Made by a program: the position numbers and the translations under genes. A stretch of 63,501 nt of DNA from Candidatus Micrarchaeota archaeon (GTDB lineage Archaea > Micrarchaeota > Micrarchaeia > Micrarchaeales > CABMGC01), in the NCBI GenBank assembly GCA_027319905.1, contig DAHVMJ010000004.1:1-63501 (forward strand), written 5' to 3'. Positions 47,399 through 55,737 of this stretch are shown one piece after another (the stretch's first letter is position 1; every line of letters begins with the position of its first letter). A model generated the notes under the pieces. The model did no database searches. It was not told the origin of the DNA and saw nothing but the letters and a program-made list of their open reading frames with translations.

Positions 47399-48394
47399 AT
47401 GAAAGGCGTAACAATAGCATTGGTCATACTTGCTCTTTCCTTCTTCGCGATCAACACCGTATCGGCTTACGGCTACGGAACATCAAGCATAACTCTCTCT
47501 CTAAGCGGCGCAAACGTCACGCAGGGCAACGGCACGTCTGCAGGCTATACTGTCAGTCTTGCGAGCGGGAGCACGTGGGGAACAACGCTCAGCGTGGTCA
47601 ACAGCGGCCAGCTATCATCCGACGGGATAACTGTGAGCCTCAGCAACACGTATGCGGACCCGACGTACACGGGCACAATGACCGTATCAACGAGCGGATC
47701 GACGCCTGCAGGCACATACACAGTGACGCTCGCTGCCACCGGCGACGACCCGTCCCAGAGCAACGCTGCTTTCGATCTGACCGTACTGGCAAAGCCACTC
47801 CCGACTACAGTGCAGGCAACCGCCGCAAACACTACAATCAGCAATACCACCACCGTGCAGAGTACCACGAAACAGCAGACGACGACATCTCCTACCACGA
47901 CCAAGAACTACGCTACAAGCGGCTATTACAGCTACACCGGAGGATCGGCTGCGCTGGCTTCGCCAGCGCTGATAGCGGTTATTGCGCTCGTGGCCATATA
48001 CGGGATCTATGCCTATAAGTCAAGGCTCGCGAGGCTTACCATCATAGGTGCGGCGCTGATACTTATCGGCACGGTCGCCTGGCTCTATGGTGACTACTCA
48101 GGAGGCATACAGACATACATCTGGGGAGGCGCGGCCGCTGTGGTTATAGGAACCGCGGCATGGACATACGGCGATGCTGGCGGAGGCACTTTCAAGCAGA
48201 AAAGCGCGAGCGGTGCTGTGTATCTTGGCATAGCGCTCATCGCTGTAGGCTTTCTGGCGTGGATTTACGGAGAGCTTGGAGCGCCTGGCGTATCGAGCTA
48301 CTGGTGGGGCGGAACCACGCTGCTCGTGATCGGCACTCTCATCTGGCTGTATGGGGACGTAAAGGCAGGAGCGTTCCTTAGAAAGAGCAGGTAA
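47399..48394 (+). CDS. secreted/membrane protein with Thr-rich linker and four repeated TM-hairpin motifs
   Basis: Signal peptide MKGVTIALVILALSFFAINTVSA. TT-rich stalk. Repeats AWLYGDYSGG / AWTYGDAGGG / AWIYGELGAPG / IWLYGDVKAG. Confidence 0.5.
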   Translation: MKGVTIALVILALSFFAINTVSAYGYGTSSITLSLSGANVTQGNGTSAGYTVSLASGSTWGTTLSVVNSGQLSSDGITVSLSNTYADPTYTGTMTVSTSGSTPAGTYTVTLAATGDDPSQSNAAFDLTVLAKPLPTTVQATAANTTISNTTTVQSTTKQQTTTSPTTTKNYATSGYYSYTGGSAALASPALIAVIALVAIYGIYAYKSRLARLTIIGAALILIGTVAWLYGDYSGGIQTYIWGGAAAVVIGTAAWTYGDAGGGTFKQKSASGAVYLGIALIAVGFLAWIYGELGAPGVSSYWWGGTTLLVIGTLIWLYGDVKAGAFLRKSR

Positions 48395-48397
48395 GCT

Positions 48398-48922
48398 TTA
48401 TCGGCTTCTTCCGAGGACCCTGTACCGCAGTTGCACCTCGCTCTTGGATATCTTTCTCGCCCAGAGCAGCTTCAGTTTTGCCTCGAAATTCGGGCCGTCG
48501 AAGAGTCTCTTGCCTTTGGTGAATACGGCAGGCTCAACGTCGAGGAAGATCTCGTCTACAAGACCATTCTGCATGAAGGCAGCATTGCTTGCGCCTCCTC
48601 CGGCAACAAGCGCCTGGCTGAACCCCTCTTTCTTGAGGATCGAGAGCGCTTCCCGCGGTCCGCTGGCGAATGAGACCTGGTTATGACCGCGCTTTCCTGT
48701 TTTGTTGTGAGTCATGACGACTATCCTGACGCCCCTAAATCGCTTTAACTCGCCTTCATTGACTATGACGTTGAATGTCTTATGGCCGACTATCATGTTG
48801 CCCGTGCTCTTTGCCTTCTTGATGAACAGCAGCCAGTCGCCGGGCAGCACAAAGCTAGTATCGTCGTTTTCTCTTGCCACCATCCCATTCGGCGTAACCG
48901 CCATATACATTACGACCTTCAT
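48398..48922 (-). CDS. dihydrofolate reductase-like / RibD C-terminal domain protein
   Basis: MKVVMYMAVTPNGMVA start at 48922, plus LVAGGGASNAAF. The upstream part of the 220-aa ORF is actually tRNA-Leu. Confidence 0.6.
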   Translation of the reverse strand: MKVVMYMAVTPNGMVARENDDTSFVLPGDWLLFIKKAKSTGNMIVGHKTFNVIVNEGELKRFRGVRIVVMTHNKTGKRGHNQVSFASGPREALSILKKEGFSQALVAGGGASNAAFMQNGLVDEIFLDVEPAVFTKGKRLFDGPNFEAKLKLLWARKISKSEVQLRYRVLGRSR

Positions 48923-48936
48923 CTCATACCCCCTTT

Positions 48937-49038
48937 TGCAGGGGGAGAGATTTGAACTCTCGAAGGCACTAGGCCACGGGATCTTAAGTCCCGCGCATTT
49001 TCCGTGGCTTACGCCATTCCAGACTCTGCCACCCCTGC
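48937..49038 (-). tRNA. tRNA-Leu(UAA), class II, with a 17-nt insertion (putative non-canonical intron) in the D-loop
   Basis: Hand fold: GCAGGGG/CCCCTGC, D stem GCA/TGC, anticodon arm CGGGA-CTTAAGA-TCCCG, variable arm TGGCCTAGTGCCT, T arm GAGAG-TTCAAAT-CTCTC, discriminator A. The D-loop is 29 nt and contains the hairpin TGGC-GTAA-GCCA. Confidence 0.7.
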
Positions 49039-49056
49039 ACGCTCTAGTATTGGTGC

Positions 49057-49527
49057 TCACAATTTATAACGTTTGGATGGGCGTGCCGGGTTGAGCTTTT
49101 TTATCATAAGCAGCCTATCGGTATCGTCCTCATAATAGTTCTTTAGCACCCTGATTTTCTTGAATCCTAGTTTTTTGTAAAGCTTAACGGCTTCTTCGAA
49201 CTGGTTCATGGTGTCCAGGATAATCTTACCGCATTTCGAATCCCGCTCGACCCTTTCGAGGAACTTCGTTGCTACACCATGATGACGAAATTCTGGACTG
49301 GTAAATACGGAGTCGATGTATATCGCGCGGGGGTTCTTGGTTGCGAACGCTACCATCCCCCCCACTATCCTGCGGCCTTCCACCGCCTTGTAGACGTATG
49401 CGCCGAGTATCAAGGGTTTCCAGAAGTAGATGAAGTTCTTGTCGTACTTCATGCCGAAGCACTTGGCTTCGAGTCTGATGAGGTCGTCCGCGTCTTTAAG
49501 TTTGGCCTGCTCTATCCTGATGGCCAT
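49057..49527 (-). CDS. GNAT N-acetyltransferase (RimI-like)
   Basis: FRHHGVATKFL ... acetyl-CoA binding region. 156 aa. Confidence 0.6.
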   Translation of the reverse strand: MAIRIEQAKLKDADDLIRLEAKCFGMKYDKNFIYFWKPLILGAYVYKAVEGRRIVGGMVAFATKNPRAIYIDSVFTSPEFRHHGVATKFLERVERDSKCGKIILDTMNQFEEAVKLYKKLGFKKIRVLKNYYEDDTDRLLMIKKLNPARPSKRYKL

Positions 49528-49542
49528 CAGCTCTCCGATTGG

Positions 49543-50298
49543 CTATGCGTATGAAGGCGGTCCCGCCTCATCTGAAGACTTTCCGTAGTGCTCGTGCGTT
49601 TCCTTCGCCTTCTTAACCATGTCCCTGACACGCGCCTCGACCTCCCTCGCCTCGCTCTCCAATTCGGCGGTGTCGATCTTTATACCGAGAAGCTTGCTCA
49701 GCCCACTTATCGCAACCTCCGCGTACTTGGGATCCATTATGAGCGGGTTGACCTCAACAAGCAGGTCCATTGTTGGAATGTCGAACTCCTTCGCGCCTGT
49801 TATCAGCAGCGCGCTCACGCCGGCTATAACGCCCTCGTTCACGGGCTTCAGGCCCTGTTTTGCCGCCTCTTTGGTCATGCTTGGCTGCGATGCTATTATG
49901 TAAGCCGCATCCGAGGGCTTTTGAGACGGCATGCCGCCTATGGAGACGATCCTGCTTATTCCCGCTTTCCTGACAAACGAGAGAAGCTCCGCGGCGAGCT
50001 GGTATATGACGTGCTGTGGTATTGTGAACTCCGAGAGTACGACCACGAGCTTGTTTTTCGCGTCCGCATATATTCTTGCGGTGTGCATCGGCAGACCGTC
50101 GTGCACCGCTGCTATCGGAGGAAAGAGGTCGCTCTCTATGTGGCCGATGTTCTTCATGCTCAGCTTCTCTATCATATAGCTTGCGGCCATCGGGCCGACA
50201 AGTCCAGCGCCGGGGAAGCCCTCGACAAGCGTGTAGCCCCTAAGCTCGGCCTTCTCGTGAAGCACTATTTCTATCATTTGATCGTACGCGTAACGCAT
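49543..50298 (-). CDS. PAC2-family proteasome assembly chaperone-like protein
   Basis: LVEGFPGAGLVGPMAASYMIE N-terminal signature of the PAC2/COG1938 family. Confidence 0.55.
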   Translation of the reverse strand: MRYAYDQMIEIVLHEKAELRGYTLVEGFPGAGLVGPMAASYMIEKLSMKNIGHIESDLFPPIAAVHDGLPMHTARIYADAKNKLVVVLSEFTIPQHVIYQLAAELLSFVRKAGISRIVSIGGMPSQKPSDAAYIIASQPSMTKEAAKQGLKPVNEGVIAGVSALLITGAKEFDIPTMDLLVEVNPLIMDPKYAEVAISGLSKLLGIKIDTAELESEAREVEARVRDMVKKAKETHEHYGKSSDEAGPPSYA

Positions 50299-50406
50299 GA
50301 AAAGTATAAAAAGAGAGGGCTAGCGGACAGAACTCGTGTATTTTACTCTCGACATTACGACGATAAATATAAAAGGCTGCTCGATGTTTTATTACTCGGT
50401 GAATTG

Positions 50407-50631
50407 ATGGCTGAAAGAGTAACCCGTGAAAGAATAGACAGGGAAGACGGCTACCTTTACTATCTGGGTAAGGATGGCTACGCCTGGAGAACGCCAATGA
50501 AGACGAACTCCCGAGGAAGAAAGGCGAGAGTGGGAAGCGAGAAAGTGAAGAGAGCCGAGGGCTTCCTTTATTTCATCGACAAGTCCGGCTATGTCGCTAG
50601 GGCAAAGATGAACAGGAGAGGAAGAAGGTAA
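50407..50631 (+). CDS. small basic protein with two tandem repeats
   Basis: 74 aa. DGYLYYLGKDGYAWRTPMK and EGFLYFIDKSGYVARAKMN. It is the only credible part of the 347-aa ORF 49588-50631. Confidence 0.4.
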   Translation: MAERVTRERIDREDGYLYYLGKDGYAWRTPMKTNSRGRKARVGSEKVKRAEGFLYFIDKSGYVARAKMNRRGRR

Positions 50632-50775
50632 TTTCTTTGGGGGGCTCTGCCCCTCATTTTTTTTAAAGCGCACCATGTTCGGATAGGCGCTTGTGCTGCG
50701 CCTCTTTTTATTTCTTAGCATCTATTTGCTAGTGCCCGGCTTGTCCGGGAGCGGCTTGATGGCATAGCATACAGC

Positions 50776-51762
50776 TTGAAACGAAGCCTCATCGACTATC
50801 TGGTGCTTCTGCTCTTACTCGCAATAATGATAATCGGAGCCATAGCGAGGCAGTACGTGGTAATCCCGGTGGGCCTTGTGCTCTACTTCGCGTACGAGGT
50901 GACCAGGCACAACAGGCCCGAGGCGGCTTGGCTGTCGCCTCCAGGCGCCGCGTGGTGGGTTGCGCTCGTGGTTGTTCTGGCTGTGCTCGCGGCGCTATTG
51001 TTCAGCCTCTCTGGTTTAGGAAGTGGGAATGGAGCCCGCGGCCACGCTGCCACGTCCACCTCTACGATAGCTCCCGCACAGAACATAACGACATCGGCTG
51101 GCGCGGTGACAACTACGCAGGCGAGTTCCAGCAGCACCAGCACAACAGTGGGCACGACGAGCACAATAGTCTACGGCACGCAATCTGCCACTTCAGCCGG
51201 ATCTGGCCAAGGATCAATATTCCTGAAGGGCGCCTACAGTCTTTACGTATGCGGCGGCTCCAGCACCAGCACTGTCGGCGTGTCTTGGAAACCGGATGTG
51301 TTTGTGCCCAACTACTCGTCAATAGGCATAAATTCCAACGGCACGTGCACGCTCTACAACGGCAACATAAAGGGACTGTTCGATTCATACTATGCGGCCC
51401 TCGCAGGAATCGGGCTCAACGCAAGCAACTACACGCTTGCGGCGGGAACGAATGTGACACGTATGTTCTTCTCCGTTGGGGCGCAGAATTCGTTCGTCGT
51501 TGCGATCGTAACGGGAAACACGCACAGCTTTGGCCCGTATCTTCTGACTTCTCCCGTGGTTTCATACCCGCCCGGTGCAAGCTTCGATTGCAATGTGACA
51601 GAGCAGCAGGACTCAACCGCGGTGAGAGAGAACGCGACCTCATTTGTGAAGAGCACGGTTTCGCTGGTAGTGTGCCCGCAGGCCTCGGCAGGTAACTATC
51701 TTCTCTCTGAGGCGAACCTCACCGACTCCTCGTTTGCAGTCTACGTGTTCAGGCCCCGCTAG
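50776..51762 (+). CDS. membrane-anchored Ser/Thr-rich secreted protein
   Basis: Three N-terminal TM segments, an S/T-rich stalk and many sequons. Confidence 0.4.
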   Translation: MKRSLIDYLVLLLLLAIMIIGAIARQYVVIPVGLVLYFAYEVTRHNRPEAAWLSPPGAAWWVALVVVLAVLAALLFSLSGLGSGNGARGHAATSTSTIAPAQNITTSAGAVTTTQASSSSTSTTVGTTSTIVYGTQSATSAGSGQGSIFLKGAYSLYVCGGSSTSTVGVSWKPDVFVPNYSSIGINSNGTCTLYNGNIKGLFDSYYAALAGIGLNASNYTLAAGTNVTRMFFSVGAQNSFVVAIVTGNTHSFGPYLLTSPVVSYPPGASFDCNVTEQQDSTAVRENATSFVKSTVSLVVCPQASAGNYLLSEANLTDSSFAVYVFRPR

Positions 51763-51766
51763 ACAG

Positions 51767-52000
51767 TTAGTCTGAATAGTTGACTATGTAGGCGTCTACT
51801 TCTTTATTGCTCAGCCTGGGATAAGACTTCCTGACGACGCTCAGTAGTTCGGTCGGGATTTTGTGCATCAGGTAGCTGTTTTCCAGTTTGCCTCTTACCG
51901 CAGCCATCGGATCATCTTCTGCACTTGCTACTGGCAGGCTTTTAAAAAGGCGGCAGTGGGGATACGCCTCGACGAACCGCTTTGGCTCTTGACGACGCAC
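51767..52000 (-). CDS. hypothetical small protein
   Basis: 77-aa ORF. Confidence 0.3.
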   Translation of the reverse strand: MRRQEPKRFVEAYPHCRLFKSLPVASAEDDPMAAVRGKLENSYLMHKIPTELLSVVRKSYPRLSNKEVDAYIVNYSD

Positions 52001-52145
52001 TTCGGCTATTGCAGAAGCCGTATGAGATAATAAAAGCGCTAAGAGGCATCGGCTGATTTAAATACCGTTCTGGCAGGAATTTTTATATCAAGAAAGATCT
52101 TGTCCTGCTGCATTTAAAAGCGCCTGAATTGATAGCTCACTTCTT

Positions 52146-53009
52146 ATGGGAAGCGATCAGAGGTTCAGGCTGCATATCGAACCGCGTGAACTGATTGACA
52201 GGGTGCACTTCGCCTCTGAAGCTCGCGCGATAAGAGAGACTCTGCGGGATGCGAGCGCGGTAGTGTCGACGATTGACATAAACAGAATGCAGAAAGGGAA
52301 AGAGATTGGTGATATATCTCTGGAGATAAAAAAGATGCCGAACGCCGATCTGGAATCGCTTGTCAGAAGCGTGCCAAACAAAAAGGGGGAGCTGGTATAC
52401 GCCTCTTCCATGATCTCTTCGGGCTACATCTCGCATGATTCTCTGCTGAACTATCAGACCTTTATTTACGTGCCCAAACTGCTCAGCCTCGACCAGCTCT
52501 CAGCTTTGTTCGAACGCTTCAGCTTCTCCGGAGTGCATAACTCCGCGGCGTACATAATAAGTTACAAAGACGGACACGAGAGCTATGTCGCATTCTATGT
52601 TCCTCCGTTGATTGAGACGATACCGAAGGGCAGTGTCTCGATCTCGCTCAATGAATTGTCAGCGAGAGCCAGGTCCGCTCCCGAACTCTCCGTCGGCACC
52701 TACAACGGCGACAGGCGAATAAACATGGAAAATATCGTAGACGCCTGGAATAGAATAATGGCGAACCGCGCGGTGATGTCGGTGCAGGTGGTAAGAGACG
52801 GAACACACAGGCTGTATCTGACTCATGCCTGTGGAGCGCCACAATACGTGGTGTCGATAAATGGCGTCTCTGGAAACGCGCCGAGCGTTCCCATACCCAC
52901 GCAAACGATGGTCATGGTGGACTCAAAGCCCGATAGAAAGGCAGACAGGTATTTAGGCTTGAATGAAGAAGGATGGACAGACGAGAAGTTTGTTGGTATA
53001 GATGGATAG
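52146..53009 (+). CDS. hypothetical protein
   Basis: 287-aa ORF that overlaps the following HAD-like gene by 8 nt. Confidence 0.4.
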   Translation: MGSDQRFRLHIEPRELIDRVHFASEARAIRETLRDASAVVSTIDINRMQKGKEIGDISLEIKKMPNADLESLVRSVPNKKGELVYASSMISSGYISHDSLLNYQTFIYVPKLLSLDQLSALFERFSFSGVHNSAAYIISYKDGHESYVAFYVPPLIETIPKGSVSISLNELSARARSAPELSVGTYNGDRRINMENIVDAWNRIMANRAVMSVQVVRDGTHRLYLTHACGAPQYVVSINGVSGNAPSVPIPTQTMVMVDSKPDRKADRYLGLNEEGWTDEKFVGIDG

Positions 53010-53532
53010 AAAGGAAAACCTCGTGCTGGTAGACTTTGACAACACGCTCTTCTTCGGAGACGAATCGCTCAGGCATGCGGAAAGGGACATGTTCGGGAGG
53101 CTGCTTGCCAAACGGGAGCTGAAATCTCTGGACAGGCGCGTTAGGTTCAAGCTTCACGCCCTGGCATACACGAAGTACCATCATCTCATACGACCGCACA
53201 GGGAGATGATTGAAAGGGTGAAAAAGATAGACGGGGCGAAAACGATCATAATGTCAGCGAGAGGCGAATCACTGAGGGCGCTGACGGAAGCGCTGCTTGC
53301 AGAGCAAGAGATAAAAGTCGATGGACTGCTGCTCAGAAACAAGCAAGAGATGAAGATGCACGACGAGGAATGGAAACTGATGCAGGTCAGACACTTCATG
53401 AGGCGCTACAGGCAATTAAGCGCGTACGAAGACAAGCTCGAAAACCTGGAGTACATACGCAGGCATATAAACGAGCCTAAGCGATTGCACTTGTTCCTGG
53501 TGCTGCCTGGCCGTGTGAGAAAGATAGGATAG
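53002..53532 (+). CDS. small HAD-superfamily hydrolase-like protein (paralog 3)
   Basis: LVLVDFDNTLFFGDESL. Same size and layout as 19911-20980. Confidence 0.45.
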   Translation: MDRKENLVLVDFDNTLFFGDESLRHAERDMFGRLLAKRELKSLDRRVRFKLHALAYTKYHHLIRPHREMIERVKKIDGAKTIIMSARGESLRALTEALLAEQEIKVDGLLLRNKQEMKMHDEEWKLMQVRHFMRRYRQLSAYEDKLENLEYIRRHINEPKRLHLFLVLPGRVRKIG

Positions 53533-53626
53533 ATGCTGTGCGCGCTCTCCAGAAGTCGGATACGAGCTTTAGAGGATTTGAGAGGCCTAGCAAAATTATA
53601 AATGTATGAGATGCTTATGTCTGCTC

Positions 53627-54109
53627 ATGCGGAAGCTCATAATTGGAGTCATGGGCCCAAGCGACGCATCTGAAAGTGCTACCAAACAAGCACGTGAGCT
53701 CGGAAGGCTTATAGCGAAAGAAGGCTGGCTGCTCCTGAGCGGCGGAATGGCCAGTGGAGTGATGGATGCCGCCAACAGGGGAGCGCACGAGGAAAGGGGC
53801 ACCACAATAGGGATTCTCCCTACAGATGACTCCTCGCTTTGGTCGAAGGAGATCGACATACCAATAGTTACCAAGATGGGCAGTGGCAGGAATTTCATAA
53901 ACGCGCTATCAAGCGAGGTACTCGTTGCTGTGGGCATGAGCGCAGGCACTTCCACGGAAGTGGCCTTCGCGATACAGCTAGGAAAACCAGTCATCCTGAT
54001 GGAAAACAGTGAAGAAAACGAAGCCTTCTTCAGGAAGATGGGCAAAAAAGTGTACGCTTCGAAAACAGCTAAGGAAACGGTGAACCTGATCAAAAAACTC
54101 CTTGGCTGA
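53627..54109 (+). CDS. LOG/TIGR00725-like (SLOG superfamily) Rossmann protein
   Basis: IIGVMGPSD ... LLSGGMASGVMDAANRGA ... GTSTEVAFAIQLGKPVILM. Confidence 0.55.
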   Translation: MRKLIIGVMGPSDASESATKQARELGRLIAKEGWLLLSGGMASGVMDAANRGAHEERGTTIGILPTDDSSLWSKEIDIPIVTKMGSGRNFINALSSEVLVAVGMSAGTSTEVAFAIQLGKPVILMENSEENEAFFRKMGKKVYASKTAKETVNLIKKLLG

Positions 54110-54133
54110 AAGCAGGTGCCACATGCGTGGTAC

Positions 54134-54679
54134 CTAATCAAACTTGAGATACATCATTATGTTGTCTATCTTGAGTTTCTTGCCTCTGAGAAATGCTCCG
54201 GGAAGCACGCCGTACACCTTGAATCCGAATCTCTTGTAAAGTTTCTGTGCTCTTTTGTTGAACCCGAAAACATCCAGTTTTACTACTTTGAACCTCTTCC
54301 TTGCCTTCTTGAGCGAACCTTCTATCAGCTGCGTCCCGACTCCCATGGATCTGTAACCCTTTCTCACAAGTATGCCAAGCGAGCCTACGTGCTTTGCCTC
54401 GGGGCTCTTTCCTGCCAGGGTTATGTCGCACATGCCCACAACGTGGCCGTTTACTTCTGCCACGCAGACGGCGGCGTCGCCTTTTTTAATCTCATTGATC
54501 AGCTCGTTTAGCCACTTCCTTTCTTTTTTGAGACTGGGCCTTCCTGCAGAGCGCGGTATTCCGATGTAGGGATTTGTCTTAATCTCCTTCTGAACCATAA
54601 GGTAGTTGGACATTAGGTCCTTCAGGTCACTTCTCCGAAGACCTCTGATTATAAGCTTGGGTTTTTGTTTTCTTCGCAT
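54134..54679 (-). CDS. GNAT N-acetyltransferase
   Basis: VRKGYRSMGVGTQLIE ... KLYKRFGFK. ATG at 54679 is preferred over 54712. Confidence 0.6.
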   Translation of the reverse strand: MRRKQKPKLIIRGLRRSDLKDLMSNYLMVQKEIKTNPYIGIPRSAGRPSLKKERKWLNELINEIKKGDAAVCVAEVNGHVVGMCDITLAGKSPEAKHVGSLGILVRKGYRSMGVGTQLIEGSLKKARKRFKVVKLDVFGFNKRAQKLYKRFGFKVYGVLPGAFLRGKKLKIDNIMMYLKFD

Positions 54680-54715
54680 TTTACTCCCGGATGAGCACGA
54701 CGTGAAGCGCATTCA

Positions 54716-54898
54716 GGCCCGCAGGCTGTTGGCAGCCTGCTCACCCACACGGCATCCTGCAAAGGCAAGCTACTTCTCGCACTCCATCTTTATCTCTCTT
54801 TCGACGGCAAGCGAAGGATTCCCAAGAAGCCCGAAGCGAGCAAGTGCGTTGTCGTGCAGGTCATTCATTTGGCGAAGCCGGATAGGTCTTTGCACCTC
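54716..54898. repeat. second, truncated copy of the integrase-proximal 183-nt block (homolog of 37359-37541)
   Basis: Ungapped hand alignment gives 156/183 identical. It includes the conserved hairpin gcaggctg-ttgg-cagcctgc and ends in TAA in the integrase frame. Confidence 0.8.
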
Positions 54899-54906
54899 TA
54901 ATACAA

Positions 54907-54950
54907 CGGGATCTGAACCTGCAACCAACGGCTCCGCAAACTGCATGCTA
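54907..54950 (-). pseudogene. degenerate tRNA-Arg fragment (T arm to D-arm region)
   Basis: About 41 of 46 aligned positions match 56760-56805 of tRNA-Arg(GCG), with one 1-nt gap. The acceptor 3' strand is absent and the T stem no longer pairs. Confidence 0.6.
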
Positions 54951-54987
54951 AAGACGTGCACGGAGGACATTGGCGGCGGCAAGACCA

Positions 54988-55737
54988 CTAGGGCTCGCGC
55001 CACAGCGCCTTCTTGTACGCGATAACCACCAGCGCGATGCACACGCCAACAAGCACGACCCAATCCACGGCGAGGTTGAACGTCGATATGCTGATGAAGC
55101 CTATGGCGCTCTGCACTATCTCGGCCGCGTAGGTGGTGGGTGAGATGTAAGCGAGGATCTGGAACGGCTGTGGTATGTAGCTTATTGGGTAGTAGACCGG
55201 AGGAAGGGTCGTCAGCACGACAGACAGTATGCCTGTGAACCCCCAGCTTTGCAGCACGTCAGAGGTGAACGTTGACAACACGAAGCCTAATACAATGGAG
55301 AATATGAACGATATGCCCATTACAGCGACAATTATGAGCGATTGGACCAGCGTGGGATGGATGAATATGGCTGCAAGGACAGCAAGCACGGCCATGACGG
55401 GTGCTGAGAACACAAGCTCGGACAGGCCCATGCCAGCGACGTACGTGAGCGATGTCGTAGGCGAGCTGACCACCATGTCCTGAAGCTTCATATCGTTTTT
55501 CAGGTGGGAGAGGTCGGCCTGCAGGCCTATGCCCGCGGTTATAGTGGTCATAATGAGCGCGCCTTCTATGCCCACCTGCAGCAAGCCGCCATGACTTACC
55601 AAGATTATCACTATCAGGATGGAAAATGGGGCCAGAAGCGTGTTTATGAACATCACCGGATAGTTCTTCATAGCGTAAATCGAATTAACCAAAACAGACG
55701 CAAGCAGCTGGCTGCCTACGCTTCTCTTCATCACCAT
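54988..55737 (-). CDS. ABC-2 type transporter permease
   Basis: 249 aa with about 6 TM helices. Overlaps the ATPase gene by 7 nt. Confidence 0.65.
   Translation of the reverse strand: MVMKRSVGSQLLASVLVNSIYAMKNYPVMFINTLLAPFSILIVIILVSHGGLLQVGIEGALIMTTITAGIGLQADLSHLKNDMKLQDMVVSSPTTSLTYVAGMGLSELVFSAPVMAVLAVLAAIFIHPTLVQSLIIVAVMGISFIFSIVLGFVLSTFTSDVLQSWGFTGILSVVLTTLPPVYYPISYIPQPFQILAYISPTTYAAEIVQSAIGFISISTFNLAVDWVVLVGVCIALVVIAYKKALWREP

Noticed and set aside
49588-50631. 347-aa plus-strand ORF
   Set aside because: Most of it is antisense to the well-supported PAC2-family gene (49543-50298) and has no motifs. Only the last 74 codons (50407-50631) are kept as a possible gene.
54693-54711. Possible degenerate tRNA-Arg 3'-end copy (gagcacgacgtgaa versus gggcacggcgggat, 10/14) just left of the second integrase-like block, as a candidate attL
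   Set aside because: The similarity is within chance range, and the segment overlaps the possible N-terminus of the GNAT gene. It is not reported as a feature.
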